Assembly: GCA_001599295.1 (NCBI GenBank)
Contig: BCGN01000003.1
Coordinates: forward strand, 1,364,001 to 1,428,000
DNA from: Sporopachydermia quercuum
Lineage: Eukaryota
Reading direction: 5' to 3'
DNA length: 64,000 bases
Below the pieces are notes generated by a model. That model was not told where the DNA came from, did no database searches, and saw only the letters and a program-made list of their open reading frames with translations. Made by a program: the position numbers and the translations under genes. Shown in pieces: positions 11,101-21,474 of this stretch (within the stretch, counting starts at the first letter, position 1; each line of letters starts with the position of its first letter).

Positions 11101-12640
11101 GGTTTCAGGGCCTATGAAACATAAATCAATTAATCCTGCTTTCAAAAGAGTACTGTTCAAGCTACCAAAAGTCATTAGTAGATCAATGCTGGGTGAATAT
11201 GGTTGGAGTTGTACTTCTGCTACTGGTGATATGTTTAAAGAAGTGAATAGCGTTCAAGCAGCCACTGGTGATGTATGGTTGCATGAGAAGGTTGTGCTGG
11301 ATCGTATTAAACGTAGAAACAATATGATTGGGCTGGCGATCGATGAGGCGAAATATGATCATTTGGGCCTAGCAGCATCATTTGAACATTACGACGTACC
11401 AGTAGTTGATATGAATTATGTTTATAATAGACAACTGGCAAGTATTGATGATATTAGAGGCAATAGTATTCTTGGCAACGATGATGAAGGTGCTGGTGGA
11501 AATTCTGGGAATAGGGGTAGAAACAATAGGAATAGAAACAATAGGAGCCCCATGAACAGTACTAGAAATAGCAGTAACCATGCTAATGCCACTGCTATTA
11601 ATGATGATGATCTAATAACCTTAGGAGCACCTGGAGGCATTTCGGCAATTAATTCAACATCAGAAGGTCGTTTCACTGCTTCTGAAGATGAAGACGATGA
11701 CGAGGACCAGGATGATGATGAGTTTGAAGACGAAGATGAAGACGACGCTTTATGGAGAGCCAGAAGGAAAGGGAAACAAGGTTCAGAGTCATCATTTCTA
11801 GTTAAGTCCGATCAAATTCGAAGGATTAAAAAAGTATATGATTCTTACTACCTAAAACAGCAGCGAGGGAAATGGAAACAGTATTTGGGCTCTAAGAAAA
11901 CTTCTAATAACAACAACTTCAACAAAAAAATGATGAAAATGACTGGCAATAGTAGCAATAGTGCTAATAACATCAATGACACTAATAATACCAAAAATGC
12001 TGCTAGTGATGACGTTGGAGATCCACTGCAATCAGCTTGGGAACCAATTCCTTGTACACCTTTCAATAACCAGTTCTTATTAGTAACATCATCCAAGAAA
12101 CTGGGGCTATTCAGAACTAATAAGTTAGTATGCAACGCGTCGACAACTAGCATATTCAATGGATGTACTAGTATTATGCCATTTGTTGATAACTTCAATG
12201 ATATTCAACTATCTAATAGATTAAGCATTGTTAAGCTGATTCCTCAACTGTCAGCAATAGTAGTTGTATCCCAAATTGGACTAGTTTCGCTGTTCAGGTT
12301 AACAAAATATCGAAATTCGCTGTATTCAATGAGGCAAGAGCTAATATTTCCTAATTATAAGCTTTTCATGATGTGCGACAGAGGGTATAGAACTGTTATA
12401 GGAATAACAGTTGTTAGTTATAATGAGTTGACTGGCAAGTATTATGATGTTGAGCTTGATTGGAAGAATAGTGTTAGAAATGAAAGATATTTCGATGAAC
12501 AAATGACTCAAGGAGTTGCTAATGATTACAATAACAGGAGGTACTTTTTGCATTTGACTTATATCGATGGGTTAATAATTAGTTATGAGTTAAAGGTCAG
12601 AAGAGATGATGAGTTATTCATTGATTATGTTATTATATGA
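8171..12640 (+). CDS. CRT10: Crt10-like WD/beta-propeller protein with long low-complexity insertions, 1489 aa
   Basis: FKNNL, PHTINFLK...DDG, SAWGVDVH, NNIPSVSF, NRLSIVKLIPQLSAIVVVSQIG and LFRLT motifs typical of the CRT10 family. Confidence 0.85.
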   Translation: MTSNSENPNRVVLIRSDQNSSSNNNSNLNPSSILSPPDTDALATFSEKQSAAGNNNIETNRPFSPPESPSNSTNLEQLDTGIRSQDADHYKRAQSLIASLGVKRRKLSNRTAMQSRDPAPDSPPRGTDDNESSTNTASANYDINPTIPIRLTSDSRNALTPSNSTLLATSFLNNEQIVGTAEGASFLDELTSRTEQHLNHGRTGSALQNRDENRSRSYYSLARSLNHELLNRYLRSEMMHVSNQSRLLQDLGLVASSSTNSASNSGTAISGAGGYDPDHFYRTDQLFLPYKAYFNYQNLHTDARSEPDVDFDSDASHISDTSDEADQTVQRISNMDIHCLEKNAEILMKLTHKNRQSPFYLARDVATIATAVVANPRTGSGAFDPNTPNEDYLDRDLLRNVNKYKLYSDVSDYIYNSDSEDEYIYEEEEGEEENDEKVSQLISAMNAEAGSSSIKDVDGKATSRDKTTIGNTTDPTKATEAPTDKSPSAIKLTPNSISSEPFSTIKSSQVPISNNTNDLFNPGSEKLDSKSAKTIQSKGIDTSYNEDYRLQSDRLAYAVKKQPGDKFNDSVTSTFLGHQKLRIERGRNFKNNLTVFSCEINSHIVAVNSKLYFYPVKEHLRKLDLSRFHSPTGSPEQSPRREEDIPENDPETGNSDIDSDSNTDTDTIRNNINNNNTGDSHAFQPTARDDNTNINRNRVSEAERTRFTPNTVFHYQPFDLPNFCIETRPESTTPRDRTVASWSYYPHTINFLKIAYFLDREALIAAKDDGYIFIWFTHRLDINIKTSPGFDPTGLANGVDSIDVRLKPDFKLKVGASAWGVDVHNDYNMIVVSDNSPVVTLFYYSTEHEPRREQYFDSDSFETSRPRHLYADPSLTKGTFYVCKSNCLMNNIPSVSFIHNDPEQEEEEDNEKRMENDYKINPYNGRTRTFDISEKLKCIVYVAAVTIGDELIILAFEMNKVFGPLPLAKGFSTLEEMVSGPMKHKSINPAFKRVLFKLPKVISRSMLGEYGWSCTSATGDMFKEVNSVQAATGDVWLHEKVVLDRIKRRNNMIGLAIDEAKYDHLGLAASFEHYDVPVVDMNYVYNRQLASIDDIRGNSILGNDDEGAGGNSGNRGRNNRNRNNRSPMNSTRNSSNHANATAINDDDLITLGAPGGISAINSTSEGRFTASEDEDDDEDQDDDEFEDEDEDDALWRARRKGKQGSESSFLVKSDQIRRIKKVYDSYYLKQQRGKWKQYLGSKKTSNNNNFNKKMMKMTGNSSNSANNINDTNNTKNAASDDVGDPLQSAWEPIPCTPFNNQFLLVTSSKKLGLFRTNKLVCNASTTSIFNGCTSIMPFVDNFNDIQLSNRLSIVKLIPQLSAIVVVSQIGLVSLFRLTKYRNSLYSMRQELIFPNYKLFMMCDRGYRTVIGITVVSYNELTGKYYDVELDWKNSVRNERYFDEQMTQGVANDYNNRRYFLHLTYIDGLIISYELKVRRDDELFIDYVII

Positions 12641-13341
12641 GTTCGTTATTATTATTATTATTGGGATNGTACTTGATAGTAAGGACTTAGCAGTAGCTCA
12701 TGTTTCTACTGTTATCTGCTTGTACTTCAATTAATGAATAATATAAGTTTTTGATTGTTCTAAAAGCCTATAGTATCATATATCACTATGCTCATGATTT
12801 AACATATAAGACTATTCCTCTCTGAATATATAAATATAGTATATCAGACATTTCTATCAATTCTGATATCATGAATAATGTCAGCCCCAAAATCTGAACC
12901 TCATGAGCAAACTTATCTTCGGTACATGACTACTCAATATCTAAAGATGTCAACATCAAACTAGTCCCGCGTTCTGGCCATCAGCAGCAAAACGAATGCC
13001 ACCTTGTTTCCTGTCTTTTCTTACTCATTTATCTACCCTTTTTATACCAATTCAGTTACCGTTATTGTCATTATTTAGCTGAGTTCAGTTTAAACACTTT
13101 CCTTATATCTTCACGTTGATAGTTACTGCCTGTTTGCACAAGTTAATTGCTATTCCAATACTTGATGTCGTTGGCGTATAGAAAAAATTACCAAACATCA
13201 CAGAATAATCATTACTGTTATGTTATTACTACGCATAGTCCGTAACCTGGGTCNATAGTTGAGTACTTATCATATTATTATCGTAATAGGATGTCATCCC
13301 CAGAGAGTTCATTCATATTACCTGTAATATCATTCGTTTCA

Positions 13342-14868
13342 CTAAAATCCCAAATCAATACCTCTGCTAACAGAAGCATTTTCATCTAGCTCATTACCTT
13401 CAAAATCAGTGTTTTCTATTAATTGGAGATGTTGCCGTTGCTTATAAATTGGTGAGAAATTAAATGACAATTGAAACTGTTTCTCAAACTTTGGTATTCG
13501 ATAGAATTTCTGGTTGAATGAAATAAGATTAGTATTGAAATAGATAGGTGATTGGTCTATTGTGCTGTTGAAAGTGTTGATAGTAANATTATCAGCTTTC
13601 TTGGTATTATTGCTATTCGTCGCTATGTCATTGTTATCATTGATATCGTCAGTACCACTGTCATGCTCGTTATGTTCCNCATTGCTATCTTTGTTCTTGA
13701 ACATCACATTATCTCCAAAATACTCTAGTAATATCTTATCCAATTGAGTGTAAAAGTCTCGCTCTGGAGCAAATATATATTCATTGGTCTTAGTATTGGT
13801 CATGTTACCATTCTCCTTTTTAATGATATTATCATCACCATTTGCTTTATCATAACACCAGTAATAAAATCCATTATTAGAATTTTGAGGAATTACTGAT
13901 AGATCATATAACGTTATACCTGCTTTATTATAAGTCCCTGTTTCTTCAATAATTATTTCAATAGGCACCAAGTGGCTTGCACTGCTACTAGTACTGCTGC
14001 TTTTGTCATCTGGTACAGTGAAAGTGCCTAAATTGAGTATGATGTATTTATTTCTTGGAACAATGTTCACAATCATACTAGAAGGATAGAATGTTGCTAT
14101 TGTCTTCATATTATTCTCCTTAGATAATTCACCGTTGGAAAATAAACCAGAGCCTAAACTATTGCGACTAGTATTATTGCCATTGATAGATCTATGTCTA
14201 GTGTAGAAAGACTGTCCTGTAGATTGTCCTGAAATATTAAAAACTGAGGAAACATCACCATTAATTGTATTCACATCACCTTGGGGATTTCTCCTCATTC
14301 GTATTGAAAATCCAATATTACTGAAACCTCTGGTGTAATCATGTAAGGAAAAGGCTATTCGCAATGAATGCACGCCTGGTGATATCAATGTAGGGTACTT
14401 GAAGAATACATTATATGCTTCATTAATTACAACTTCGCTATTTGGCCCATTTTTTGAATTGAATAGAATCTTATCATACGCATGTAAGACAAAGTACTTT
14501 GGGTTGAAATATATCTTTTTGCATGAAAGGATTTCGTAAACTAATGGCCAACTGTAATAGAAAGAAGGACGTTGTGTTGTAGATGACGAATGACCAGGTG
14601 GTAACTCAATAGCTTCTTGAGCAGCCAATTCTTTCTTGATAATCTTATCAAGTAGTCTTCTTTTCTCTCCAAAAACCCCAACAAAGGCTGACAATTGGCC
14701 TTCAATTTGCTGTATAATACTATGATAATTATGTCCTAATAGGTTCTTGACTTCAAGCCTGTAGAGTTCATTGTATAAAGCATAGAAATGGGTATTGACA
14801 AGACGTAATTCTGGAGCATTTTTCAAGATCAAAAGCAGGATTTCTGTCGGCAGAATGTCCAATGACAT
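13342..14868 (-). CDS. UCC1: F-box protein, Ucc1 (YLR224W)-like
   Basis: N-terminal F-box-like LDILPTEILLLIL...ELRLVNTHFYALYN plus SWPLVY, resembling recalled Ucc1 (ELRAVNKYFYVLHN, SWYIVY). Confidence 0.7.
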   Translation of the reverse strand: MSLDILPTEILLLILKNAPELRLVNTHFYALYNELYRLEVKNLLGHNYHSIIQQIEGQLSAFVGVFGEKRRLLDKIIKKELAAQEAIELPPGHSSSTTQRPSFYYSWPLVYEILSCKKIYFNPKYFVLHAYDKILFNSKNGPNSEVVINEAYNVFFKYPTLISPGVHSLRIAFSLHDYTRGFSNIGFSIRMRRNPQGDVNTINGDVSSVFNISGQSTGQSFYTRHRSINGNNTSRNSLGSGLFSNGELSKENNMKTIATFYPSSMIVNIVPRNKYIILNLGTFTVPDDKSSSTSSSASHLVPIEIIIEETGTYNKAGITLYDLSVIPQNSNNGFYYWCYDKANGDDNIIKKENGNMTNTKTNEYIFAPERDFYTQLDKILLEYFGDNVMFKNKDSNXEHNEHDSGTDDINDNNDIATNSNNTKKADNXTINTFNSTIDQSPIYFNTNLISFNQKFYRIPKFEKQFQLSFNFSPIYKQRQHLQLIENTDFEGNELDENASVSRGIDLGF

Positions 14869-16368
14869 GNTTTTTCATTTCAATCAGTTTCAACCTTGAA
14901 AACAACTAGTCGTCGATAGAATGCTATATATATATAATATATGTATCATTTGCTTGTGCTTGTGCTTATCAATAGGTAAAGATACAAGGGACATAAATCA
15001 GATTAGGGTACCATACAATTAAGGCCATTGAAAGGTCCACATAGTACGAAAAGCAGATAAAGCGTCTTTGAATTCATGTTTTCTTGATGAGCATTATCAT
15101 AGTATTAATTTGGAATTGTACCGAATAGGGATTCTGATTTTTAAGAAGCTCATCGAGAACGATTATGAGAGCATTTCTGCAATAAGATGAGGTGAATGAT
15201 AAGATACAAAAGAGATTGCCTTGTGACAAAAGATGAGACGTCATAGTAAGTTGGCATGGCAAGTGATAAGAGCGAAGCTGTGATACGGGGTTAGGTTTGA
15301 GTTTGAAATTGATCAGTTCTTTTGCTGATACATTGAAGAGAGATATTTCTTATTAAACTTGTATAGACATTGGCCATTTTATTTGGTTAGGTAATCTTCA
15401 CATTACGGAACGTTACTGCAATTAATGAATATTTATTATGGATGACACATAATAGTCACAAATCTGACAAATGACAAAAGAAAGTAATTGGTAAATTACG
15501 TAATCCGATAGCTAATCTGATTATGTCAACGCTTAATACAGTGAATTTCATTTGAATTGAGCCATTGAAACTTTATGTATGAAGGAAGAAGGAACGTGGC
15601 AGTATGGAAAATTGATTCTTGATCATGTCTTCTCTAATAAAAGCAAAGGATCACTTAATATACTTTGTCCTACATAACATAAATACACTGTTGATATAAA
15701 CGATAAACATATTAAAAAGCCTAACTGCTCAAAAGGATGTACTAATTTCTTCTGTCTGCTCTCTTGCCGTGCTCCGCAATATATGGTCATAATATCATGC
15801 ACTATATCAAACTTTATTACCACCTCATTGCTTCATCAGATTGCATACCTTTGAATTACCACAGTAATCACTGGTCTCCCAGTGAAATAAAAGTCTGAAA
15901 TTAAAGGAAATGTTTCATTCTCTTTTAGATTGATATTTCTCACATATTTCTATTAATTTCAGCTGATTTCCCATTTCAGCGGCAATCACTAACATATCTA
16001 TCTCATCTTTCCACTCTCCCCTCTCCACCAAACTTTCTCGGCAACTTCAAGTCTCCTTTTATGTTTGCCATCGAATTCCATAGAAAGATGAACAGATTTC
16101 ACAAAAGAGGAATAATGCCACTATATTCTATTAACCCCATCTCATTGAGTTTCTTCTCCTCTTTGAATAATTGGGTATAAAGGCAATCCGTGAATATTTA
16201 ATTGATTGTTCATAGATATTTATTTTATTACATATTTATTCAGTTAGTTAATTAATTAATTGATTATCTGTTTGTAATATTTGACTCACGGATTTTAAGA
16301 AGTGTGAACTAGCAGTAAAAGCTTGATCTATCAAATAAAGAAACAGCTACAGTATAATTGCAACCAAA

Positions 16369-17546
16369 ATGAGTATTCATCCTGAAGGTAAGTAACAAGA
16401 CGGAAGGAATTTGTTGATATGTTTAACTCGAGTTGCAGGTATTTGGGGAGATGTGTGTTTATGAAGAATTTAAAAGAATGTAGTGGAGAAATGGATGTAA
16501 AGAAGGGTTCAATCGATTGGCATTAACAAGCTGATTTGGTTGTAGCTTAGGAACAAAGAGTGAACTTGTTATTCGAAAATGGATTTTTTAATGGGCTGTT
16601 GATGCAATTTTCAGCAACAAGTATAAATCTTTGTCCGCGATATGCACGTCAATATCATATATGAATATGAACTTTGTGAGATCCAGCTAGAAAGATTGAG
16701 AAAAATTCTGAAAAACGTATATGCCAATGAGAAAGCATGAGCAGTGCCCGAACACGAAGGATCTAAGCACCAAGGTGTTCACACAATTCATAACATACAT
16801 TTATACCAGTATCCTGCTCAAACTGCGTAAACCTCAGTTTCTTTTCGGGTATATTTTGCATTTACTAACAAAATTTTCCTCTAGTTAAATGGGCTCAAAG
16901 ATCATCAGATACTGATCATGAGAAGTGCGTACTTTACATAACGATATATGCCCCTAATGTTAAAAATCCAAAAGTGAACTTAACTTCAACACACCTGTCA
17001 TTCGAAGGTATTGGCTTAGATGACGTTGATTTCAAGCTACCCGATATCGAATTCTACAAAGAAATTGATGTTGAGAAATCAAAGTACCATATGACAGGAT
17101 ATGGATGTGTAATGATTTTAAGAAAGAAAGATCTAGGAATAGANTATTGGCCAAAGCTTCAAAAGGGACCTAAGGTGTTCTATATCAAGACTGATTTTGA
17201 TAAGTGGGTTGATGAAGATGAACAAGACGAAAAGGAAGAAGCTGGAGATGATCCTTTCGGTGGCATGGATTTCAGTAGTATGGCAGGTGCTGGTGCTGGT
17301 GGAATGCCAGGAATGCCAGGAATTCCCGGAATGGGAGGCATGGGAGGCATGGACTTCAGTGAACTTGCCAAACTTGGTGGCGCCGGTGGGTTGGATCTCA
17401 GTCAGTTAGGTGGAGATGCTGCTGATGGCGGTGAAGTTGATGATGCCGATGCTGATGATGGTGATGTTGATGATGGAGAAGTCAAGCTTGGTGAACCAGA
17501 AGAAGCCAAAGAAGATGCTGAAGCTAAAAGTGAAGGTACAGCTTAG
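16369..17546 (+). CDS. SBA1: Hsp90 co-chaperone p23, 2 exons: join(16369..16387, 16885..17546), 226 aa
   Basis: The spliced N-terminus MSIHPEVKWAQRSS matches the p23 consensus. Also YWPKL, IKTDFDKWVDEDEQDE, a Gly/Met-rich region and an acidic tail. Confidence 0.95.
16388..16884 (+). other. Spliceosomal intron (497 nt) in SBA1
   Basis: GTAAGT at 16388, TACTAAC at 16863-16869, TAG ending at 16884. The phase-1 join gives GTT (Val). Confidence 0.93.
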
Positions 17547-17778
17547 GCGATCAGTTACTCAACCCAATCTGTAGATAGATGTGATCTTTAATTCGAAATG
17601 ATTTTAATCATTTAGATACTGAACTACAAGCTATAGTTATATACTAAACTACGTGCTATAGTCATTTACTAATAAACAAGCGTACTATCGTATTTAAGTT
17701 TTGTTTATAGACACATCCTCAGTAGTTTCAATTTCCACTGTAAACTATGGAAACTAGAATAATAGCTAAACATATCGT

Positions 17779-18687
17779 TCATAACTTCAACGTACGAATT
17801 GTTTGACTGCCTGTCCATTTTTCACCAGGTTGCAAGACAACATAATCATCAACAGAGCCTGGCTCAACGCATACCATTGTTCTATAACCGTCCTTAGGTT
17901 CGAAATCACTCATTGATTCAGCCTTTTCAATCCATGGGTTCCATACAACAACGTCATTTAATGTTTCTGACGTAGTTAATTCATATAATTCGCCCTTTTC
18001 CTGATCCTTGATAGATAAACGCAACCCTTTCTCTGCTTCAACAGTTTTATCTTTCTTAACGTATACTCTATCAACCTCTCCGGCGAATGAGACATCAGAA
18101 ACTGTCACATCTTCACTGGCTTGGCCCACTTTATCATGACATTCAAATCCTAAAAGTGAGGTAACGTTGGTTTTGCCAATATCATTAATTTTATAGTATG
18201 TATGAAATAGAGCATTGAAGTTGAAAGGTCTGTCATTATTGACGTTTTCAACAGAAATCTCAGTGCTGATTGAATCATCATTCAATGTCACAGTATAAAT
18301 TACAGTGAAATCGTTATTTTTAGACCAATCTGACACTTCTTGAATATCCTCGTTAACATTTTCAGGTCCTAGACCAAATTGAATGGAGACAGGATTACTA
18401 GAAACTTGTCCTAAAAACTCCCATGTAGAATTTCTAGCGAATCCATGTTGTGGCAATGAGGCAAATTCTTCGTCTTTCTTTTTACCGAAAATAGGAAAGG
18501 CAATAGGAATTCCACCCCTGACAGGTTTTGATCCATCTAATTTAGCAGCTGTACTAAGCCATATTTGTTCTTTACCTTTGACAGTCCAACTGTAAACATG
18601 GGCACCATAATTGAGAATTTTGACTTGAGTGTCTGATTGTGCAGGATGAGTCAAGATCACTTCGTTATCCAGTTGATCTACTGTCAT
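17779..18687 (-). CDS. Glucose-6-phosphate 1-epimerase (YMR099C-like aldose epimerase), about 302 aa
   Basis: LDGSKPVRGGIPIAFPIFG, LPQHGFARNSTW, LFHTYY, VVWNPW, MVCVEPG. Start placed at MTVDQ (18687) based on typical family length. Confidence 0.92.
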   Translation of the reverse strand: MTVDQLDNEVILTHPAQSDTQVKILNYGAHVYSWTVKGKEQIWLSTAAKLDGSKPVRGGIPIAFPIFGKKKDEEFASLPQHGFARNSTWEFLGQVSSNPVSIQFGLGPENVNEDIQEVSDWSKNNDFTVIYTVTLNDDSISTEISVENVNNDRPFNFNALFHTYYKINDIGKTNVTSLLGFECHDKVGQASEDVTVSDVSFAGEVDRVYVKKDKTVEAEKGLRLSIKDQEKGELYELTTSETLNDVVVWNPWIEKAESMSDFEPKDGYRTMVCVEPGSVDDYVVLQPGEKWTGSQTIRTLKL

Positions 18688-19593
18688 TTTGACATGGGAA
18701 TTGTACTTTTCTGCTTGAATATTTTTATTTAATTTGTTATATGATTTTGCTGTTGAAGTTCTGACGCTTATTGTAAAAGAGCAATGTTCTCCTGAGTGCT
18801 TGAATAGTTTATAGGGGCTTGTTCTATGGTAATTGTAATAGGGTGTGTTAAGTTTACCTATCAGGAAGATTGAACGTAAATCTCTGAACTGGAAACCATT
18901 CATAAAGGCTATGCTTTTTTTCCTTATATTATGCTAATGTAAATGGTTCAACGGGCTCGATAGCTTTGCTTGTAAAACGAGAAATACAATGCAATGTTTC
19001 TGTTCAAGAATTAACAATTGAGTTAATAAGAAAGAAAATGATACTTTGGATTGAATGAACAACACGTGATGATGTCATCAGAATTGATGAAGAAAAGTTG
19101 CCTAAAATGATCTCGTCATCTAAAAATGAAGAATGAGCAGATGAAATGTAGTATCACGTGATCGGTTCTACCCAAGTTTCTGGTTTATAGTCTGAAGTAC
19201 TATCTACTTCGAACCTTTTGATTGATTCATTTATATAATGAAGGTTAGATTCAGTATATGTCTCATTTCTTATTAGATGGGTTCAAATATGTGAACAAAG
19301 CATTTGTCAGGTTGTTCTGACAATGCAGTGTTGCGCGGAATCAGCTGAGCGAATGCTGATAGAATACAGATCCAGAGAGCTCTATTATGCATGATGTGTT
19401 GAATGCAAATAAAAATATTATAAAAACATATAAAGACATGAAAATGTGACAATAGAAAAATCCTAATTATACTGATTCTTTTCAAATGTTGGTTTAGCAT
19501 TCTGCGTTTACTAATCAGTCTCACTATTTGTCATTCTACTTCTATGAGATGTAAATGCTCATATATATTCATATTCATATGCCTAACGACCTA

Positions 19594-21474
19594 TCATTGT
19601 CTAATACCCGGCCTTTTCCTCCATAATATTATAGCAGGATCCTGATCGGGATCAACCCAATGGAACATTCTTTTATCTTTTTCATCACGAAACTCTTGAT
19701 AAATTTGCTCCTCAGGTGTACTATCAAGTTTCATATGACGTTTATCAAACTCTTGAAGCAATTTCCAACTAATATCAATGACTGAAGGATTCTTTGGCTC
19801 TTTATTCCAGAACGAATTCAAAAATCCATAAAGCCCTAGAATATAAAACCGTTCACCGGATTTATCATTCAATTCCTCATCAGAATTCTCGATAATAGCT
19901 TGATAGTTTCCGTTATTTAAATCAATTAGATCGTCATAACAATTCACAATCAGTCTACAGCAGCTCAGTTCTTTCATGTGTTGTAGTTTATACCTTAGAC
20001 TTAATGATCTATCCGGATTCCATGAAAGCCTTGTTCTCTGTCCACCTAAATTACGAACGGCATATAATCCAAAGCTTGAACAGGTAGTAGCTAATGATGC
20101 AAAAAGAATAGTATGAAACGCATAAATTGTACTGAGATGTAACGGAAGTTTCCATAGTATTGATAACGATAAAATTATCAGTTGTGATAATGAATGCACT
20201 GTGATATAGCCATAAGTTATCATTGGAACTAATTTCTCATAAATGTATTGCTTGTTCAACGTATCTAAATATATCTTGCTGTTGTATGCTGTATCAATGA
20301 TTTGAAAAGGTACTGTGAAGTTGTTCTGGCGAAGACATTGTCTAATAGCTATGTTGATTATATCATTTGATAAATAGTCAGTGAACTGTCTACCATCCTG
20401 TTTTACGCTGATATTACAATTAATACTCTCAACATATTGTTCAATTGCAAATAGTATATTATCGGGGGATGGAATTGGCTCATTGATCAAATATGTCTTG
20501 ATTATATTATCAGTGATGTTAACATTNCTCATAACATAGTTATTCTTTTTGAATCTTGAGTCTATTTGACAATTAATCTTCCCACTAATATAGCCATTGA
20601 ACAGTTTCCCTAACACTAGTTCATTATCAATATTTTCTGGAGATTTTCTTTTAAATTTAAATATGTTCCTTAATGAAAACGACGGACTGTTTGATTGTTC
20701 TTGATCAGCATTAACATAAATTGATTCGAGTCTCTTTGCTGCCAAAATTGCGTCTATAACCAATCTCTCTTGATCATCCTCCAGTTCCTCCTTATTGTTG
20801 CTTCCGGCTATTCTCCCTTGTATAATATTGTTGTATAAATTCAATCCTTTGCGAATATCTTTCATTTTCTTCAGTATAGTAATAGGGTCTGTATGAGCTT
20901 TCGGTTGAGCTATTGTTCTCAGCCAAAGCTTTAGTCTAGTAACTATTTGGCTATCTGATGGTGAGTTAAGTGTCTGCAAATATTTAGGCAAGGAAAATGC
21001 TGATTCGATTTCAATTTCGTTTGAGTCATCATTGAACAAAATCCAGGAATCGAATCTTGATGACAATGCTTCATAGTTGAATGGCTCTTCCATAAATAGG
21101 TTACCTTTGCTTTCACTAGGATGCAGTTGAATATTGAATACTGGCGTTGTTGATAAAGAGTTCTTCGGCTTTTCCAGTATCACTGGAGTCAATTGTTCAT
21201 GTTGTGTTTGTTCTTTTGAGCTGTCCTGTATCGTTTCCTGAATTCGTGTTTCCCGGATCCTTCTCCGTCTCATGTTTCGAGACATGTTCCCAAACCCTTG
21301 ACCTTGAGAGTCATGATGCTGTGAGTAGTATCGTATTTGTTGATGTTTCTTGAATGATTCTTCATAGATTTTCGGTATAATCAATGAATTTCTAGACATT
21401 GTCTCAACAGGTTTCGATATTGACAATGGCCAGTGATGAGAACTCATCGTTATATCTCTCAGTGGTTTTCTCAT
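19594..21474 (-). CDS. Uncharacterised protein, probable mitochondrial membrane protein, about 626 aa
   Basis: Long ORF with first ATG at 21474 (ORF track starts at TTG). Basic presequence-like N-terminus with IRYYSQ, hydrophobic segments in the C-terminal third, and a C-terminal WVDPDQDPA motif. Confidence 0.75.
   Translation of the reverse strand: MRKPLRDITMSSHHWPLSISKPVETMSRNSLIIPKIYEESFKKHQQIRYYSQHHDSQGQGFGNMSRNMRRRRIRETRIQETIQDSSKEQTQHEQLTPVILEKPKNSLSTTPVFNIQLHPSESKGNLFMEEPFNYEALSSRFDSWILFNDDSNEIEIESAFSLPKYLQTLNSPSDSQIVTRLKLWLRTIAQPKAHTDPITILKKMKDIRKGLNLYNNIIQGRIAGSNNKEELEDDQERLVIDAILAAKRLESIYVNADQEQSNSPSFSLRNIFKFKRKSPENIDNELVLGKLFNGYISGKINCQIDSRFKKNNYVMXNVNITDNIIKTYLINEPIPSPDNILFAIEQYVESINCNISVKQDGRQFTDYLSNDIINIAIRQCLRQNNFTVPFQIIDTAYNSKIYLDTLNKQYIYEKLVPMITYGYITVHSLSQLIILSLSILWKLPLHLSTIYAFHTILFASLATTCSSFGLYAVRNLGGQRTRLSWNPDRSLSLRYKLQHMKELSCCRLIVNCYDDLIDLNNGNYQAIIENSDEELNDKSGERFYILGLYGFLNSFWNKEPKNPSVIDISWKLLQEFDKRHMKLDSTPEEQIYQEFRDEKDKRMFHWVDPDQDPAIILWRKRPGIRQ

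Noticed and set aside
17272..17520. Gly/Met repeats and Asp-rich repeats in SBA1
   Set aside because: Normal low-complexity tail of fungal p23 proteins.
18688..18903. 72-aa in-frame N-terminal extension of the glucose-6-phosphate 1-epimerase (possible targeting peptide)
   Set aside because: Not family-like, and it contains a TATAAA near 18810, so it is probably promoter or UTR sequence.
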